Shown here: positions 52,019 through 62,523 of the stretch, in pieces
Position numbering within the stretch: position 1 is the stretch's first letter
How the letters are laid out: every line of letters starts with the position of its first letter
DNA from: Cenarchaeum sp.
Lineage (GTDB): Archaea > Thermoproteota > Nitrososphaeria > Nitrososphaerales > Nitrosopumilaceae
Length of the DNA stretch: 64,000 bases
Direction of reading: 5' to 3'
Assembly: GCA_965242695.1 (NCBI GenBank)
Contig: CBDESU010000001.1
Location: 576,001-640,000, forward strand
Translations under genes and position numbers: made by a program
The notes under the pieces: generated by a model
Told to the model about the DNA's origin: nothing
Database searches by the model: none
What the model saw: the letters and a program-made list of their open reading frames with translations, nothing else

Positions 52019-55000
52019 CTAGCCCACATTGTCACCCTCGTCATCTTCACTATCACCATCTGTACTGTCATCCTCGGTCCTGATGTCGGGACCGTGCTGG
52101 AAAAGCGGCCCCATGGGGGGCGACCATCTCTCGGGCGGCTCGAACTCGTCGGGAAGTCTGGCGATCAACTTGTCGGTCTCCACACCGATGTGGACGGCCA
52201 TCCGGATTTTGTCCTTTATGTCCGTCCCCGTGCATGGATCATTGACAATTTCACTATTCTTGTCTTTTTTGACCGTGTAGCGATTTATGATCCATTCCAA
52301 TGGAGTCCTGCCATTAACTTTGTATTCAATTGATGGTATGTTCTCAACGAGCAGCGTCTTGTTGTCTACCATTATTGCACTTTTGTCGTCTATATCCATA
52401 ATCCGTCCGCCGTGTCCAAGGCCCTTCTTTTTTCTAAACGAGATTTTCTTGAATTCATTAACCGTTGTTTTTGATTCTAGAGGATAACGCCCCGCATCTT
52501 TGTAGTTAATATGGAGTTCTACCAACTCACTTCCGATTTTGGCGAATGTATGGAAATCCGGGGCAAATGGTATCCTTGGAAATTCTCTTGTTAAATTATT
52601 CGCGTATTTTTTCTTGTATCCAGGATGATGGAACATGGCGTAGATATAGTAAAATATTTGACGAATGGTTATTGACTTGCCGCTGCCTTTGTAGTGATCT
52701 TGAAACGCACCTCTTGTTTCATTTGTTATATTATTGATTTTCTCACTGTTGTTATAGATATATAATGGAAAACATTGGCTATGGTGAACAAGCTCAAGGT
52801 CGGGTGTAATGTCTGTGACGATTGCAGAAAATTCACCCCTAAACTTGTACGGGACGCAGATTACAATGTTTTTAGAATCGTCGTCAGGAAACGCTGGCGG
52901 AACGATGCCGGGCGTGTTGATGTAAACGTCGTCGTAGTACAGATACTGCTCAAAGAATGGCCGATACATCGCAATGCGGACGTTTGATCTGTTGAACCGA
53001 GGCTTTTTGCGCTTCAGGCGATCTTTCAACTCTTTTGTCCATTTGCCCCGTTTCTGGTCGATTTTGGGCTTGTTCGGGTCTTGTGCATTGCAGTAATCGA
53101 TGCACTTCTTCATATTTTTTGCAACTTCCGTCTTGCTAGTGTTGTATGCCCAAGGATCCCTGGAAGTTCCAACGCCACGTGCGTAGTGTTTGAAAATAGC
53201 GTTGCGCCACTTGCCGCTTTTTGCTGATGGGGTGCCAAGAGGAGGGTATTTGTAAAAATCCACGTTGCGGTGATCGAGCCAGTCGTTAAACCCATCAAGC
53301 GTCAATTCTTTCCACTCGTCTATTTTGGCGATCGACACTAGATCGTTAAGATGCCTGCGCTTTTCTGGCCCACTGTACGCAGACTCTGGCAGCGCAAAAT
53401 ACCTGATGGTGCATCCACTTTTTTCCGAGTTTTTGACAAGAATGGCCACTACCGACGAAAGGGTCGTACCTCCTGTGCTTTTTCCAGGATATTCGAATAT
53501 GTTGCGCCCGTCGCCCGGGATGCCCTTTTCTCCTCGCAGGTCGACCAGCCATATCTCGCTAAACTCCTCCGTGAGGCAGGCGCGTATTCCCGATGCGGTG
53601 TCGCGACGCAGGAACCCAGCGTTGGTCACAAATGCGATCACGCCGTCTGCGCCCACCTCGCTGCTGGCCCACCGCAGCGCCCTCACGTACGAGTCTCTGA
53701 AGTAGTTCTTTGCGCCGCGGCCTTGCGTCCTTGCCATGTAGGTTTCGCGCACCTTTGCATCGATTTCGGGATACTCTGGCCTGGACTCGCCCTCGTACAG
53801 CTTTGCGCCCATTGACCACGGGGGGTTTCCCATGACGACCGTTATGGGGGTCTTGCGAAGCCTCTCTATCGCGGCCTGGGTCGACGTGAACAGGCCGTCG
53901 TCCCATTGTGCATCCATCCTCTTTTCGTGGAACGTGTCGGTCAGAAGGAGGCCGCGGAACGGTGCGTACGATCCCCCGCTGCGCTCCATGAACGTCATCT
54001 CGCAGTTGGCCGCGGCCACGTAGTACGCTAGGAGGACGATCTCGCTTGCGTGGATCTCATTCTCGAACTTGTGCGCCAGGTCCCTCTTTTGGACAAGGCG
54101 TAGGTCGTCGCTCAGCAGGCGCGTGACGAACGTCCCCGTGCCGACGAAAGGGTCGATTATGTGGACGTTCTTGCCAGACAGGTGACGCGAAAAGTTTCTA
54201 TAGAGCGCCTCTTCGGCGCTTCGTAGCACAAAGTCAACGATCTCCACGGGCGTGTACACGATACCGAGGCGCGTAGCCGTCCTCTTGAACGCATGCGCAA
54301 AGAACTTGTCGTACAGCTCGTATATTACTTGCTGCTTGGCGGAGTGCCCGCTGATCTCCCTCACTTTGTACTCGACCTCCTTGTAGAAGTCTTCGAGGTC
54401 CGCCAGCTCGCTCTCGAGCCCGTGCTTCTTTAGCGAGTCGATCATCCCGTTCATGGTGTTTGAGATCGGGTTGCTCTTCGTAAACGTGGCGGACTGGAAC
54501 AGCGTGTCAAAGACGCGGCCCATAACCATGTGCTGCGACAGCATGGAGATCGCCTCGTCCTCAGTGATGTAGTCGTTGATTATCTTCCTGAGTCCCTCGT
54601 GGAATGACCCGAAGCTGCGCCGAACGTCCGGGGTCGTCTTGATCAGTTTCCGCATGCGCAGGGTTATGCGCTCGACGATCTTTGCCACGTCGACGGCCCA
54701 TGACTCGAGATACCTCGTGTCGCCCACCTTGTCAGCCAGCCTCGTCCTGATCAGCCTCAGGAGGTCCTCTACGTCCATGCCGTCCTCGTACGTGGAATCC
54801 GACAGGATCGGCGCGCTCGGGCCGCGCGGCTGGCTTTGAATCGTGCCTAGGGGCATTCGCCATACCAGGTTCGGCATCTTGCCGGACACCAGATACTGGT
54901 CGATCCGGTCGTCGTGGGAGCGGAGCGCACGGACCACGTTCCACACCTGCCCGTACTCCTCGTTGCCCTCGAGCGTCATCTGGATCGATGCGCTCTTTTT

Positions 55001-56878
55001 CACCACGACGGGGATCACTATGTAGCCGTACTTCGTGCTCTTGTCCCTCGAGGAGCGCATCACCCTGCCGACCGCCTGGATGATCTCAACGGGCGAGCTT
55101 CTGTTGCCCATGAAGATGACGGCGTCCAGCGTCGGCACGTCTATGCCCTCCGTGAGGCACCGCGCGTTCGTCAGTATGCGGCATTCCGTCGCATCCTTGT
55201 CGCTCTCTTCCAGCCAGACCAGGCGGTTGCGCCTCTCTAGGGCGTTGTGGCGGCCGTCCGTGTGCCACACGGGGAACTTGGAGTCGGCGCCATCGCCTCC
55301 AGCCGCAGATGCGACGCGGGGAAAGCCCTCGTTGAAGTCCACCGACTCCCTTATGCTGTTGCAGAACACGATGGCCCTCTGCAGCGGTATGCTTCGCGGC
55401 CTTGGGCTGGCCGCACCGTCGCCGCCGATGACGATGCCGTCCATTTCGGGGTCGCGCAGCGCGCGCCAGCAGCCGATCATCTTGGCTATTTTTTCTATGT
55501 TGAGCTTGGACGACGGATCCGCTACGTTTGTAAGCGCGACTGCCGCCTCGTCCTCCGTGACGGTCAGTACGACGACGCGGTAGTCCGACAGGAGGCCGTT
55601 TGCGATTGCGGCCGAGAAGCTGAGGCGGTACAGCTCCCTTCCGTACCACTCCTCCCTGTCCATGGAGTATGCCACAAAATCCTTTCCGTACTGCTCGCCC
55701 GCGGCCTTCATCGCCTTTTTGGTCCTGGGCGAGTACACCCTTGGCGTGGCCGTCGTGTACAGGCGTCTCTTTGCCCTGATGAACTTGTCGTCGTGGACGG
55801 CGACAAACGGTGACGTGGCGCCCTTCAGCTGCCCCTGCTTCTTTTTCCCCTCCGTGCCCCTGTGCGTGGCTAGCGGCGCATCTGTTCCCACGCCCACGGT
55901 CCGGTGTGCCTCGTCGCATATGACCAGGTCGAATGCCTCGCCCCAGATCTTCTGGGCCGCCGACACCTCTGCGAGCGACTGGTACGTGGAGAATACGACA
56001 GTGAGCTTTTTCCTCTGCCGGGACTTTAGCTGGCTGGCAATGCGGGTCTTGTCCGTTGTTACGGGTATCTCAAGCTCTGCCAGCGACGCATCCTCGTCGT
56101 TCTGGCCAGTGCGCGTGTCAGAGCAGACGCCGATGTACCTGTGCGGCATGCGCCGCTGTTCTGCCCACTCCCTCATGGTCTGCTGCAGCAGGCTGATCGA
56201 GGGGACGAGGTACAATACCGCCCCCCCCCCCGAGAGCAAATCCTCTGATATGAGGAGTGTGGCAAAGGTCTTGCCCGTGCCGCATGCCATTATGAGCTTC
56301 CCTCGCTTCACGCCGTTGTCCCTGAAGGCGGTCACGACTGCCTTGCGCGCATCCTTCTGGTGAACGGCCGGGGAGTGCTGCTTGGCCGGGCGTATCGGCT
56401 TGGCCAGGTCCGACAGCGCATCCCAGTCGACGTTGCTGTCGTCAAGCTTCTTGTAGTCGATCAACTGGCAGTCGTGCTTGTTGATCTCCGTCTCTTGGTT
56501 CTTGGTGAGACGCTTTCCGGTGTACACGAGTATGGCCTGGCCGTAGGGGGAGTCTTTTCTCGAGGTTGCGACCAAAAACTTGGCGAGGCCTGCCCACGCA
56601 AGCGGCTTGTCCTTGCTGTAGAACTTGCACTGGATTGCGGTGAACGTCCCGTCCTGCTCCCGTGCGACCAGATCGATTCCATAGTCCTGCCCGTCCCGCT
56701 TGGGGTTCCCCTCGTCGTTCCATAGCCAGACGCCCGTGAACCGCTGGCCGCCGTACACGGGATCGTGCATAAAGTACCTCTTCATAACGCGCTCAAAGAG
56801 CTGCCCCTTGCGCGATTTGTCGATGCCGGTCTTTAGGCGGGCGATCGCGTCCGCGAACGCAAACCTGGCTCCTGTCAT
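52019..56878 (-). CDS. Type ISP single-polypeptide restriction-modification enzyme (Mrr-like nuclease, SF2 helicase, N6-adenine methyltransferase, TRD; LlaGI/LlaBIII-like)
   Basis: GIDLVA...AIQCKFY; MACGTGKT; DEAHR; QAVGRVMR; LGIVYTPVEIVDF; DPFVGTGTF; GNPPW; YRPF and YKVNGRTPLEWII in the C-domain. Confidence 0.93.
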   Translation of the reverse strand: MTGARFAFADAIARLKTGIDKSRKGQLFERVMKRYFMHDPVYGGQRFTGVWLWNDEGNPKRDGQDYGIDLVAREQDGTFTAIQCKFYSKDKPLAWAGLAKFLVATSRKDSPYGQAILVYTGKRLTKNQETEINKHDCQLIDYKKLDDSNVDWDALSDLAKPIRPAKQHSPAVHQKDARKAVVTAFRDNGVKRGKLIMACGTGKTFATLLISEDLLSGGGAVLYLVPSISLLQQTMREWAEQRRMPHRYIGVCSDTRTGQNDEDASLAELEIPVTTDKTRIASQLKSRQRKKLTVVFSTYQSLAEVSAAQKIWGEAFDLVICDEAHRTVGVGTDAPLATHRGTEGKKKQGQLKGATSPFVAVHDDKFIRAKRRLYTTATPRVYSPRTKKAMKAAGEQYGKDFVAYSMDREEWYGRELYRLSFSAAIANGLLSDYRVVVLTVTEDEAAVALTNVADPSSKLNIEKIAKMIGCWRALRDPEMDGIVIGGDGAASPRPRSIPLQRAIVFCNSIRESVDFNEGFPRVASAAGGDGADSKFPVWHTDGRHNALERRNRLVWLEESDKDATECRILTNARCLTEGIDVPTLDAVIFMGNRSSPVEIIQAVGRVMRSSRDKSTKYGYIVIPVVVKKSASIQMTLEGNEEYGQVWNVVRALRSHDDRIDQYLVSGKMPNLVWRMPLGTIQSQPRGPSAPILSDSTYEDGMDVEDLLRLIRTRLADKVGDTRYLESWAVDVAKIVERITLRMRKLIKTTPDVRRSFGSFHEGLRKIINDYITEDEAISMLSQHMVMGRVFDTLFQSATFTKSNPISNTMNGMIDSLKKHGLESELADLEDFYKEVEYKVREISGHSAKQQVIYELYDKFFAHAFKRTATRLGIVYTPVEIVDFVLRSAEEALYRNFSRHLSGKNVHIIDPFVGTGTFVTRLLSDDLRLVQKRDLAHKFENEIHASEIVLLAYYVAAANCEMTFMERSGGSYAPFRGLLLTDTFHEKRMDAQWDDGLFTSTQAAIERLRKTPITVVMGNPPWSMGAKLYEGESRPEYPEIDAKVRETYMARTQGRGAKNYFRDSYVRALRWASSEVGADGVIAFVTNAGFLRRDTASGIRACLTEEFSEIWLVDLRGEKGIPGDGRNIFEYPGKSTGGTTLSSVVAILVKNSEKSGCTIRYFALPESAYSGPEKRRHLNDLVSIAKIDEWKELTLDGFNDWLDHRNVDFYKYPPLGTPSAKSGKWRNAIFKHYARGVGTSRDPWAYNTSKTEVAKNMKKCIDYCNAQDPNKPKIDQKRGKWTKELKDRLKRKKPRFNRSNVRIAMYRPFFEQYLYYDDVYINTPGIVPPAFPDDDSKNIVICVPYKFRGEFSAIVTDITPDLELVHHSQCFPLYIYNNSEKINNITNETRGAFQDHYKGSGKSITIRQIFYYIYAMFHHPGYKKKYANNLTREFPRIPFAPDFHTFAKIGSELVELHINYKDAGRYPLESKTTVNEFKKISFRKKKGLGHGGRIMDIDDKSAIMVDNKTLLVENIPSIEYKVNGRTPLEWIINRYTVKKDKNSEIVNDPCTGTDIKDKIRMAVHIGVETDKLIARLPDEFEPPERWSPPMGPLFQHGPDIRTEDDSTDGDSEDDEGDNVG

Positions 56879-57424
56879 GCAGACACCCCGGAAGCAAGTC
56901 GCATGTGGCTGCGCGCTAGTGCTGCCCGCCGCAGGGGAGTGGACGCGAGTCCGACACTCCTGCGCCGTGCGGGCAGGGCGCGGGTCGGTTCGGGAAGCGG
57001 GGGCGCGTGGGATGCGGGCTGTGTCTGATCCTTTTCCATGGCCGCGGTCGCCGCCCGCCTAGGGCGCATATAATAAAATGACGCTTGCGCGCATCCGCAT
57101 GCTCGGCGTGATGGGCCGGATGCGGCGGGCGTATCGCACGCGCCTGTGGCGCTGCCGGGAGCGGGATCTTGCGCAGGGCGACATGCTCGCTCCGGGCTGG
57201 GGCGCCGCGGTCATGGAGGGTGCCGAACGTCCTGCCTAGCATGCAGTGTGATGCTGATGGCCCTCTCGCCGGGCGCAACGGCGCTAGGCCGCCGAAGGCC
57301 GAAAGACCGAGGGCGGCGCTGTCGGCTGTGACCGCTCCGGTGCCGCCCTAGATGGGCTCCGCCTTGACATGGTTTTGTTCTCCCTTCCGGCAACCTATAT
57401 CCGCACCCCCCCGCGCCGCGGGAC

Positions 57425-58993
57425 ATGGGCGGCGCGAATGCGGACATCGCCGATGCGCTTGCCGGGGCGATATCCAGCGATGTCGTGCGCGGCGACGACG
57501 ATGCCGCCATGTTCTACGCGGCCGATGCGGGCCCCTTCGAGGCGCGCCCGGCGGCAGCGGCCGTCCCCCGCGGAGAGGACGAGGCGGCCGCCGTAGTCCG
57601 CATTGCCGCGGAATGCGGCGTGCCCGTGACGGCGCGCGGTGGCGGGACGGGGCTGGCCGGCGGCGCCGTCGGCGGCGGCGTTGTGCTGGACATGCGGATG
57701 CTCGACGGCGTCGAGATCGACGCAGGCGGCGGCGATTCGATCTCCGTCACTGCCGGCGCCGGCGCCCCAAAGGGGGCGATCGACGAGGTTCTCGCCGCCC
57801 GCGGCGCGTTCCTGGGCCCGAACCCGTCGGTGGGTCCCTACTGCACGGCAGGCGGGATGGTGGCGACAAACGCCGCCGGCAGCCGCTCCCTAAAGTACGG
57901 ATCCGTAATCGACAACCTGCTCGGCGTCAGAATCATCGACGGGCTCGGCCGGACGGCCGACCTGCCGGCCGATGCCGACCTGTCGGGCCGCATCGCGGCG
58001 GCGGCCCGGGGATGCGAGGGCGATCCGGCCGCCGGCTTTCCGGCCGTCGAAAAGAACTCGTGCGGGTACCGCATCGACGCGGTCGGCTCGGCCGCCGATG
58101 CGCACAGGGCGATTGCCGGCTCGGAGGGGACGCTCGGCATCGTCGTGTCGGCCCGCCTGCGCGCATTCGAGCTGCCCGAGTCGAGGCGGCTCTACGTCGT
58201 CGCATGCGGGTCGCATGCCGATGCGGCGGCCGACTGCATTGCGCTGCGCGGCGCGGCCCCGTCTGCGCTAGAGTACGTGGACGGGCGGACGCTGTCGCGG
58301 ATGGGAGGGGGCGCCGGCGGCATGGCCGGCATGCCGGACGGAACAAAGTGCGCCCTGCTCGCCGAGTTTGATGCCCCCGCCAGGGGCGGAGCGAACGCCC
58401 CGCCCGAGGCGTCCCGCATGGGGTCGCTGCGCGGGACCGTAGCCGACTCGACGGAGTCCGAAGCGGACATGCGCAGGTGGTGGCGCCTGCGCGACACGGC
58501 CCTGTCGGCCACGCTGCGCGGCGGGGGCGGGAGGTCGGGGCCGCCGCCGGCGTACGTCGTCGAGGATGCCGCGGTCCCGCCGGGCAGGGTCGGCGACCTT
58601 TTGGCGCTGATAGCCGCCCTCGAGGAGAGGTTCGGGCTGGATGCGACCGTGTACGGTCACATCGGCAGCGGCAACCTGCACGTGCGGCTCTCGGGCGGGG
58701 ACGGGGACGACTTTGGCGGCGTGGGGGACCGGTGGCCCGAGGGCCGCCCGCGCATGCGGCGCATCGCCGAGTGGTACCTCGGCAGGGTCGTCGCGATGGG
58801 AGGGACGATCACGGGCGAGCACGGCGACGGCCTTGCGCGGACGTGGCTCGTCGCCATGCAGTACGGTACGCCTGTACTCCGGCGCTTTGCGGCCCTAAAG
58901 GCCCTGCTCGACCCGCGCGGGATACTAAACCCGGGCAAGGTCGTGCCGGGTGCGGCCGCGCGGCTCGGGCCGGGGCGCGCCGGGCCTTCCTAG
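57425..58993 (+). CDS. FAD-linked oxidoreductase (GlcD/D-lactate dehydrogenase-like)
   Basis: RGGGTGLAGGA, GGMVATNAAG, GSEGTLGIV, GHIGSGNLH, GEHGDG, LDPRGILNPGK. Confidence 0.9.
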   Translation: MGGANADIADALAGAISSDVVRGDDDAAMFYAADAGPFEARPAAAAVPRGEDEAAAVVRIAAECGVPVTARGGGTGLAGGAVGGGVVLDMRMLDGVEIDAGGGDSISVTAGAGAPKGAIDEVLAARGAFLGPNPSVGPYCTAGGMVATNAAGSRSLKYGSVIDNLLGVRIIDGLGRTADLPADADLSGRIAAAARGCEGDPAAGFPAVEKNSCGYRIDAVGSAADAHRAIAGSEGTLGIVVSARLRAFELPESRRLYVVACGSHADAAADCIALRGAAPSALEYVDGRTLSRMGGGAGGMAGMPDGTKCALLAEFDAPARGGANAPPEASRMGSLRGTVADSTESEADMRRWWRLRDTALSATLRGGGGRSGPPPAYVVEDAAVPPGRVGDLLALIAALEERFGLDATVYGHIGSGNLHVRLSGGDGDDFGGVGDRWPEGRPRMRRIAEWYLGRVVAMGGTITGEHGDGLARTWLVAMQYGTPVLRRFAALKALLDPRGILNPGKVVPGAAARLGPGRAGPS

Positions 58994-59241
58994 AACTTCC
59001 ACTCGTCGGACAGGCCGTTCCACAGGGGGCGGAACACGCTCGGGTCCCTGCCGATCTCGCCCTCGATCCTGTTCTTGAGCGCAAAGAAGAGGTTTTCGAG
59101 CGCGTCGACGCCGCCGTCCTCGAACGCCTCCTTGCCGACCTCTGCAATCCTTTCCTTCTTGGCGGCTGCCTCTGGCGCGCCGGGGCTCTGCAGGCAGAAC
59201 GTCATGAGGTCTACGAGCTCTTCCTCTAGGGCCGCGTCCAT
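58990..59241 (-). CDS. Small hypothetical protein
   Basis: 83 aa, typical composition. TAAATA about 25 nt upstream. Confidence 0.7.
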   Translation of the reverse strand: MDAALEEELVDLMTFCLQSPGAPEAAAKKERIAEVGKEAFEDGGVDALENLFFALKNRIEGEIGRDPSVFRPLWNGLSDEWKF

Positions 59242-59402
59242 GCGGGGGCGCCGATGCAGCGCTATTTACGCCTTTGGCGGTAGCGGCGGGCCGCCGCCCT
59301 GTGCCGGCGCCGGCATGGTTCGATTGGGCGTGCCTGCCTCCCTGCCTGCCTTGCACATGGCCGCACCGGCAGGTTTAAGCGGGGGCCGTCGGGCGCCGTG
59401 GC

Positions 59403-59903
59403 GTGGCAGTGCGGCGCGTGCACTTTGACACGTGGGCGTTCATGGAGGTGCTCCTCGGGGGCAAGTATGCGGACATCTTGGATGATATCATGCGGCGGAG
59501 CGGCCCTGGCTCTTACTCTCTGGTCGCATCCCAGGCGGCGCCGGGCGAGGCCGATGCCGTCATACTGCGGCGCGGGAAGGGTGCCGCCCGGATGCTGCTC
59601 TCGCTTCTCGCGCTGCTCTTCGACCATCGGATCGATCCGAGCAGGTGCATGCCGCCCCTTGATGCCGCCGTACTGGCAATCGTCAACGAACTGATGGATG
59701 TAGTTCCGGCATTGGACATGACCGACAGGATCATACTTGCCCACGCCTTGGCCGACCCCGATTCGGTATTTCTTATAACGGGCGATCGCGCACTGCTTGA
59801 AAACGAGGCGATTAAACACTACGAGGGGAGGCTGCGAGCCCAAGGGCGCCGCAACGCAAAGCTAGAGATTGTCAAGCCGACCGAAACATACCACGTCTCT
59901 TGA
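59403..59903 (+). CDS. PIN-domain (VapC-like) protein, copy 1
   Basis: HFDTWAF, SQAAPGE, DMTDRIILAHA, LITGD acidic motif set. TTTAAG box upstream. Confidence 0.8.
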   Translation: MAVRRVHFDTWAFMEVLLGGKYADILDDIMRRSGPGSYSLVASQAAPGEADAVILRRGKGAARMLLSLLALLFDHRIDPSRCMPPLDAAVLAIVNELMDVVPALDMTDRIILAHALADPDSVFLITGDRALLENEAIKHYEGRLRAQGRRNAKLEIVKPTETYHVS

Positions 59904-59962
59904 TCTCGTCGAACGCATCGTCGACGACCTCGGGGTCACGCCGCGTCAGTTCTAGCGTCCTA

Positions 59963-61589
59963 TACATAATCCACGAGGGGTTGTGGAAAAAAGCTGACCT
60001 CGTGTGAAAGATTGTTGACAACGTGGGTCAACACCCCCGTCGGCGCATGCGGGTCATGCCAAGGAAAGCAGAGGCACCAAAGGGCGGGGCGTTCCTTCCG
60101 GAGACAAGCGCCGAGGAGCTGCTCACCATGTCAAAGAGTGCCACAAACGGGATCGATGCGATAAGGTACATGGCCATGCACATGAGGAAGATCGGCTGGG
60201 AGATCGACCAGATTGCCGAGGGCTTGGGGCGCAGCCCCGAGACGATCAGGAGATGGCTCACGCGGGCGCACAGGGAGGGCATCGGCGGTGTGCCCCACGT
60301 CAAGAAGGGGACGCTCTGCCGGCTGTCCGTCGAGGAGCGCGGCGAGCTGGCCTGCGACATCGCGACAACGCGCCCGATCGACCACGGCCTTGTGGGCACC
60401 GCATGGGACTACAAGACCGTCCAGATCCACATCAAGAACAAGTTCAAGAGGGAGTACACGTACAACGGCACGCACCGGCTTCTCCAGAGGATGGGCATCC
60501 GCCCGATGGCGCCCCGCCCCGTCCATCCCGACGGCCTCGGCGAGGAGGAGCAGTACGAGTACAAGCGCGCAATGCGGGCCCGCGCCCAGTCGCTCCACAG
60601 GCAGGGCTTCAAGGCGCAGGGCGGCGCCGACGAGGTGCACATCGCCGTCGACGAGCGGCCCACCAAGGGGCTCGGGATGAAGGGAGGCCGTCCCGTGTCC
60701 GTGCCGTCGTCGGTGGCAATGGGCCGCCTTACGTGCTTTGTGGCCCTCTTTGACGGCGCCCTGTACATAATGCGGGCCAAAAAGAACGCCAACACCGACG
60801 AGTTCATAAGGTTCTGCAACATGCTGTTGGAGATCGAGGGCATGGTGCTGCTCTGGGTCGACAACGTAAGGTACCACAAGTCAAAGCGCTTTGAAAAGTA
60901 CCTCGAGGACAACCGCGACCGCCTGCGCGTGTTCTACCTGCCCGAGTACACGTCGCCCCTGGCCGTCGCCGAGACCGAGATGGGCCCCATCAAAAAGGCC
61001 GCCGCCAAGAGGTCGCCAAAGGACAGGGAAGATGTGTGGAAGGCCCTGTGCGAGGCGGCCGCTGCGGATGACCTGCCCGTCAAGCAGCTGTACGGATGGA
61101 TGCGCATCTACGACCCCGATCCCGGTCCGACGGCGATGGCCCCCAAGTACGAGTACGACGGCGACCTGCTCATCGTCAGGTCGGACGCGCCGCCCGAACC
61201 GGCGCCCAAGCGGGGCAGGATCAAGTCGGCGTCTGGCGACGACGGCATCCTGACGTTCGAAGAGTTCAAAAAGATCCCGAAAAGCGTGTTTGACTCCGAC
61301 GGCAACATGCTCAAGCCCTTCCTGATGCTTCCAACAGGAGCGCTGCGCAACATGGCGCCTGGCCTCTACACCCCGTAACGCGCGACGGCCAATCAAGAAT
61401 GCGCGCTGCCGGATGCCTGCCGCCGGCAGCGTTCCCTGTTCCGCAATTGAGCCGTCCGTATGTGCACAACAAAGGTGCGGCAGGACATATCGCTTCCAAC
61501 ATGAGTCGCATTTCTGGACTTGATATTTTTACCCCCTTTCCCATTTTCCACCAATAAAGAAATACCCACATTGGCTCATGGATTACGTA
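59963..61589 (+). mobile_element. IS630-family insertion sequence (1627 bp)
   Basis: 15-bp TIRs (TACATAATCCACGAG versus reverse complement TACGTAATCCATGAG), subterminal GTGGAAAA/TTTTCCAC, TA duplication at 59961-62 and 61590-91. Empty site is CTAG. Confidence 0.93.
60023..61378 (+). CDS. IS630-family transposase
   Basis: HTH (IAEGLGRSPETIRRW), winged HTH (AWDYKTV...RLLQRMG), DDE motifs ADE, VDNVRYHKS and LPEYTSPLAVAE. Confidence 0.9.
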   Translation: MGQHPRRRMRVMPRKAEAPKGGAFLPETSAEELLTMSKSATNGIDAIRYMAMHMRKIGWEIDQIAEGLGRSPETIRRWLTRAHREGIGGVPHVKKGTLCRLSVEERGELACDIATTRPIDHGLVGTAWDYKTVQIHIKNKFKREYTYNGTHRLLQRMGIRPMAPRPVHPDGLGEEEQYEYKRAMRARAQSLHRQGFKAQGGADEVHIAVDERPTKGLGMKGGRPVSVPSSVAMGRLTCFVALFDGALYIMRAKKNANTDEFIRFCNMLLEIEGMVLLWVDNVRYHKSKRFEKYLEDNRDRLRVFYLPEYTSPLAVAETEMGPIKKAAAKRSPKDREDVWKALCEAAAADDLPVKQLYGWMRIYDPDPGPTAMAPKYEYDGDLLIVRSDAPPEPAPKRGRIKSASGDDGILTFEEFKKIPKSVFDSDGNMLKPFLMLPTGALRNMAPGLYTP

Positions 61590-62523
61590 TAGCTTTCAAT
61601 CCTTCCATACTCCAACCGCCGGTCACCCTCAGTGCAAGCATCGTGTTTGCAGCGTCCAGCCACGCCTTGCTCCTGCCCTCGACCATGCCCAGGAACTCGC
61701 CCTCCCTGAACGATCCGGGCAGGACGGGCTCGGCCGCGGCGTACACGGCGCTGTCCTCGTCGGACAGACGGTAGATGGCGTCGGCCATCTCGTACGCCGC
61801 CGGCCCGCCGTTTATGTAAATGTCAAAGTCGAACCCCATGTCCAGCCCAAAGTACAGGGCCATGTAGGCGTACTGCTGCACCCTGTCGACGACGGCCAGC
61901 CCCTCCCTGCCGGGCGCGAGCGGGGGGCCAAACTCCATCAGGCCCCTCGACGCCAGGTACTTTATGAACCGGGCAAGCGGCGGCAGCATCTCGTCGCGTG
62001 CGCTCCTGCCGATCATGTCGAGGCGCTCCTCGCGCGACTTTTGGGGCGGATTCATGAGGCGCTCGGGCAGCGCAACCGCAAGGGCCATGCCGGCGCCCGA
62101 CGCGCAGGGCCCAATAAGCCTTTGCGTGCGGGCCGCGCGGGATCCTGCGCCCGAAAGGGCGGGCGGCGCGCCATTTCACCGTCTCCGCGATCCTGCGCGG
62201 GCGGTCGCGCCGCCCCCGACCGGGACACTAGACATAGCAAGCGAGCCGTCCAGTGCGGGGTGGCGCAGGCTGCGCTCAGGCCGCCGCCGTTCATGCGGCC
62301 CCATCTGGTTGGGCTGCCCGCCGCCGCCCTCTGTTCTGCGGCGGCGGCAGCGCCCGCGGCCCCGCCGTCGATCGACGACATGGCCATGGAGCTTGTGTGA
62401 GAGGAGGGTCGGAACCGCCGCGCTGCGCGCCGTGAAAGGCGCCGTGTGGGCGAATGGACCCGTGGGATGCCGCCGCGCGCGGGGCACCGGCAGGTTTAAG
62501 CGAGGGCCGCCGGGCGCCGGTAC

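Larger units (their letters stand above)
59872..62088 (-). pseudogene. YwgA/Panacea-like putative antitoxin, copy 1, interrupted by IS630
   Basis: Removing 59963-61591 restores ...EGLKA-RTLELTRRDPEVVDDAFDEIKRRGMFRSA*, colinear with 62990-63580. Confidence 0.85.
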
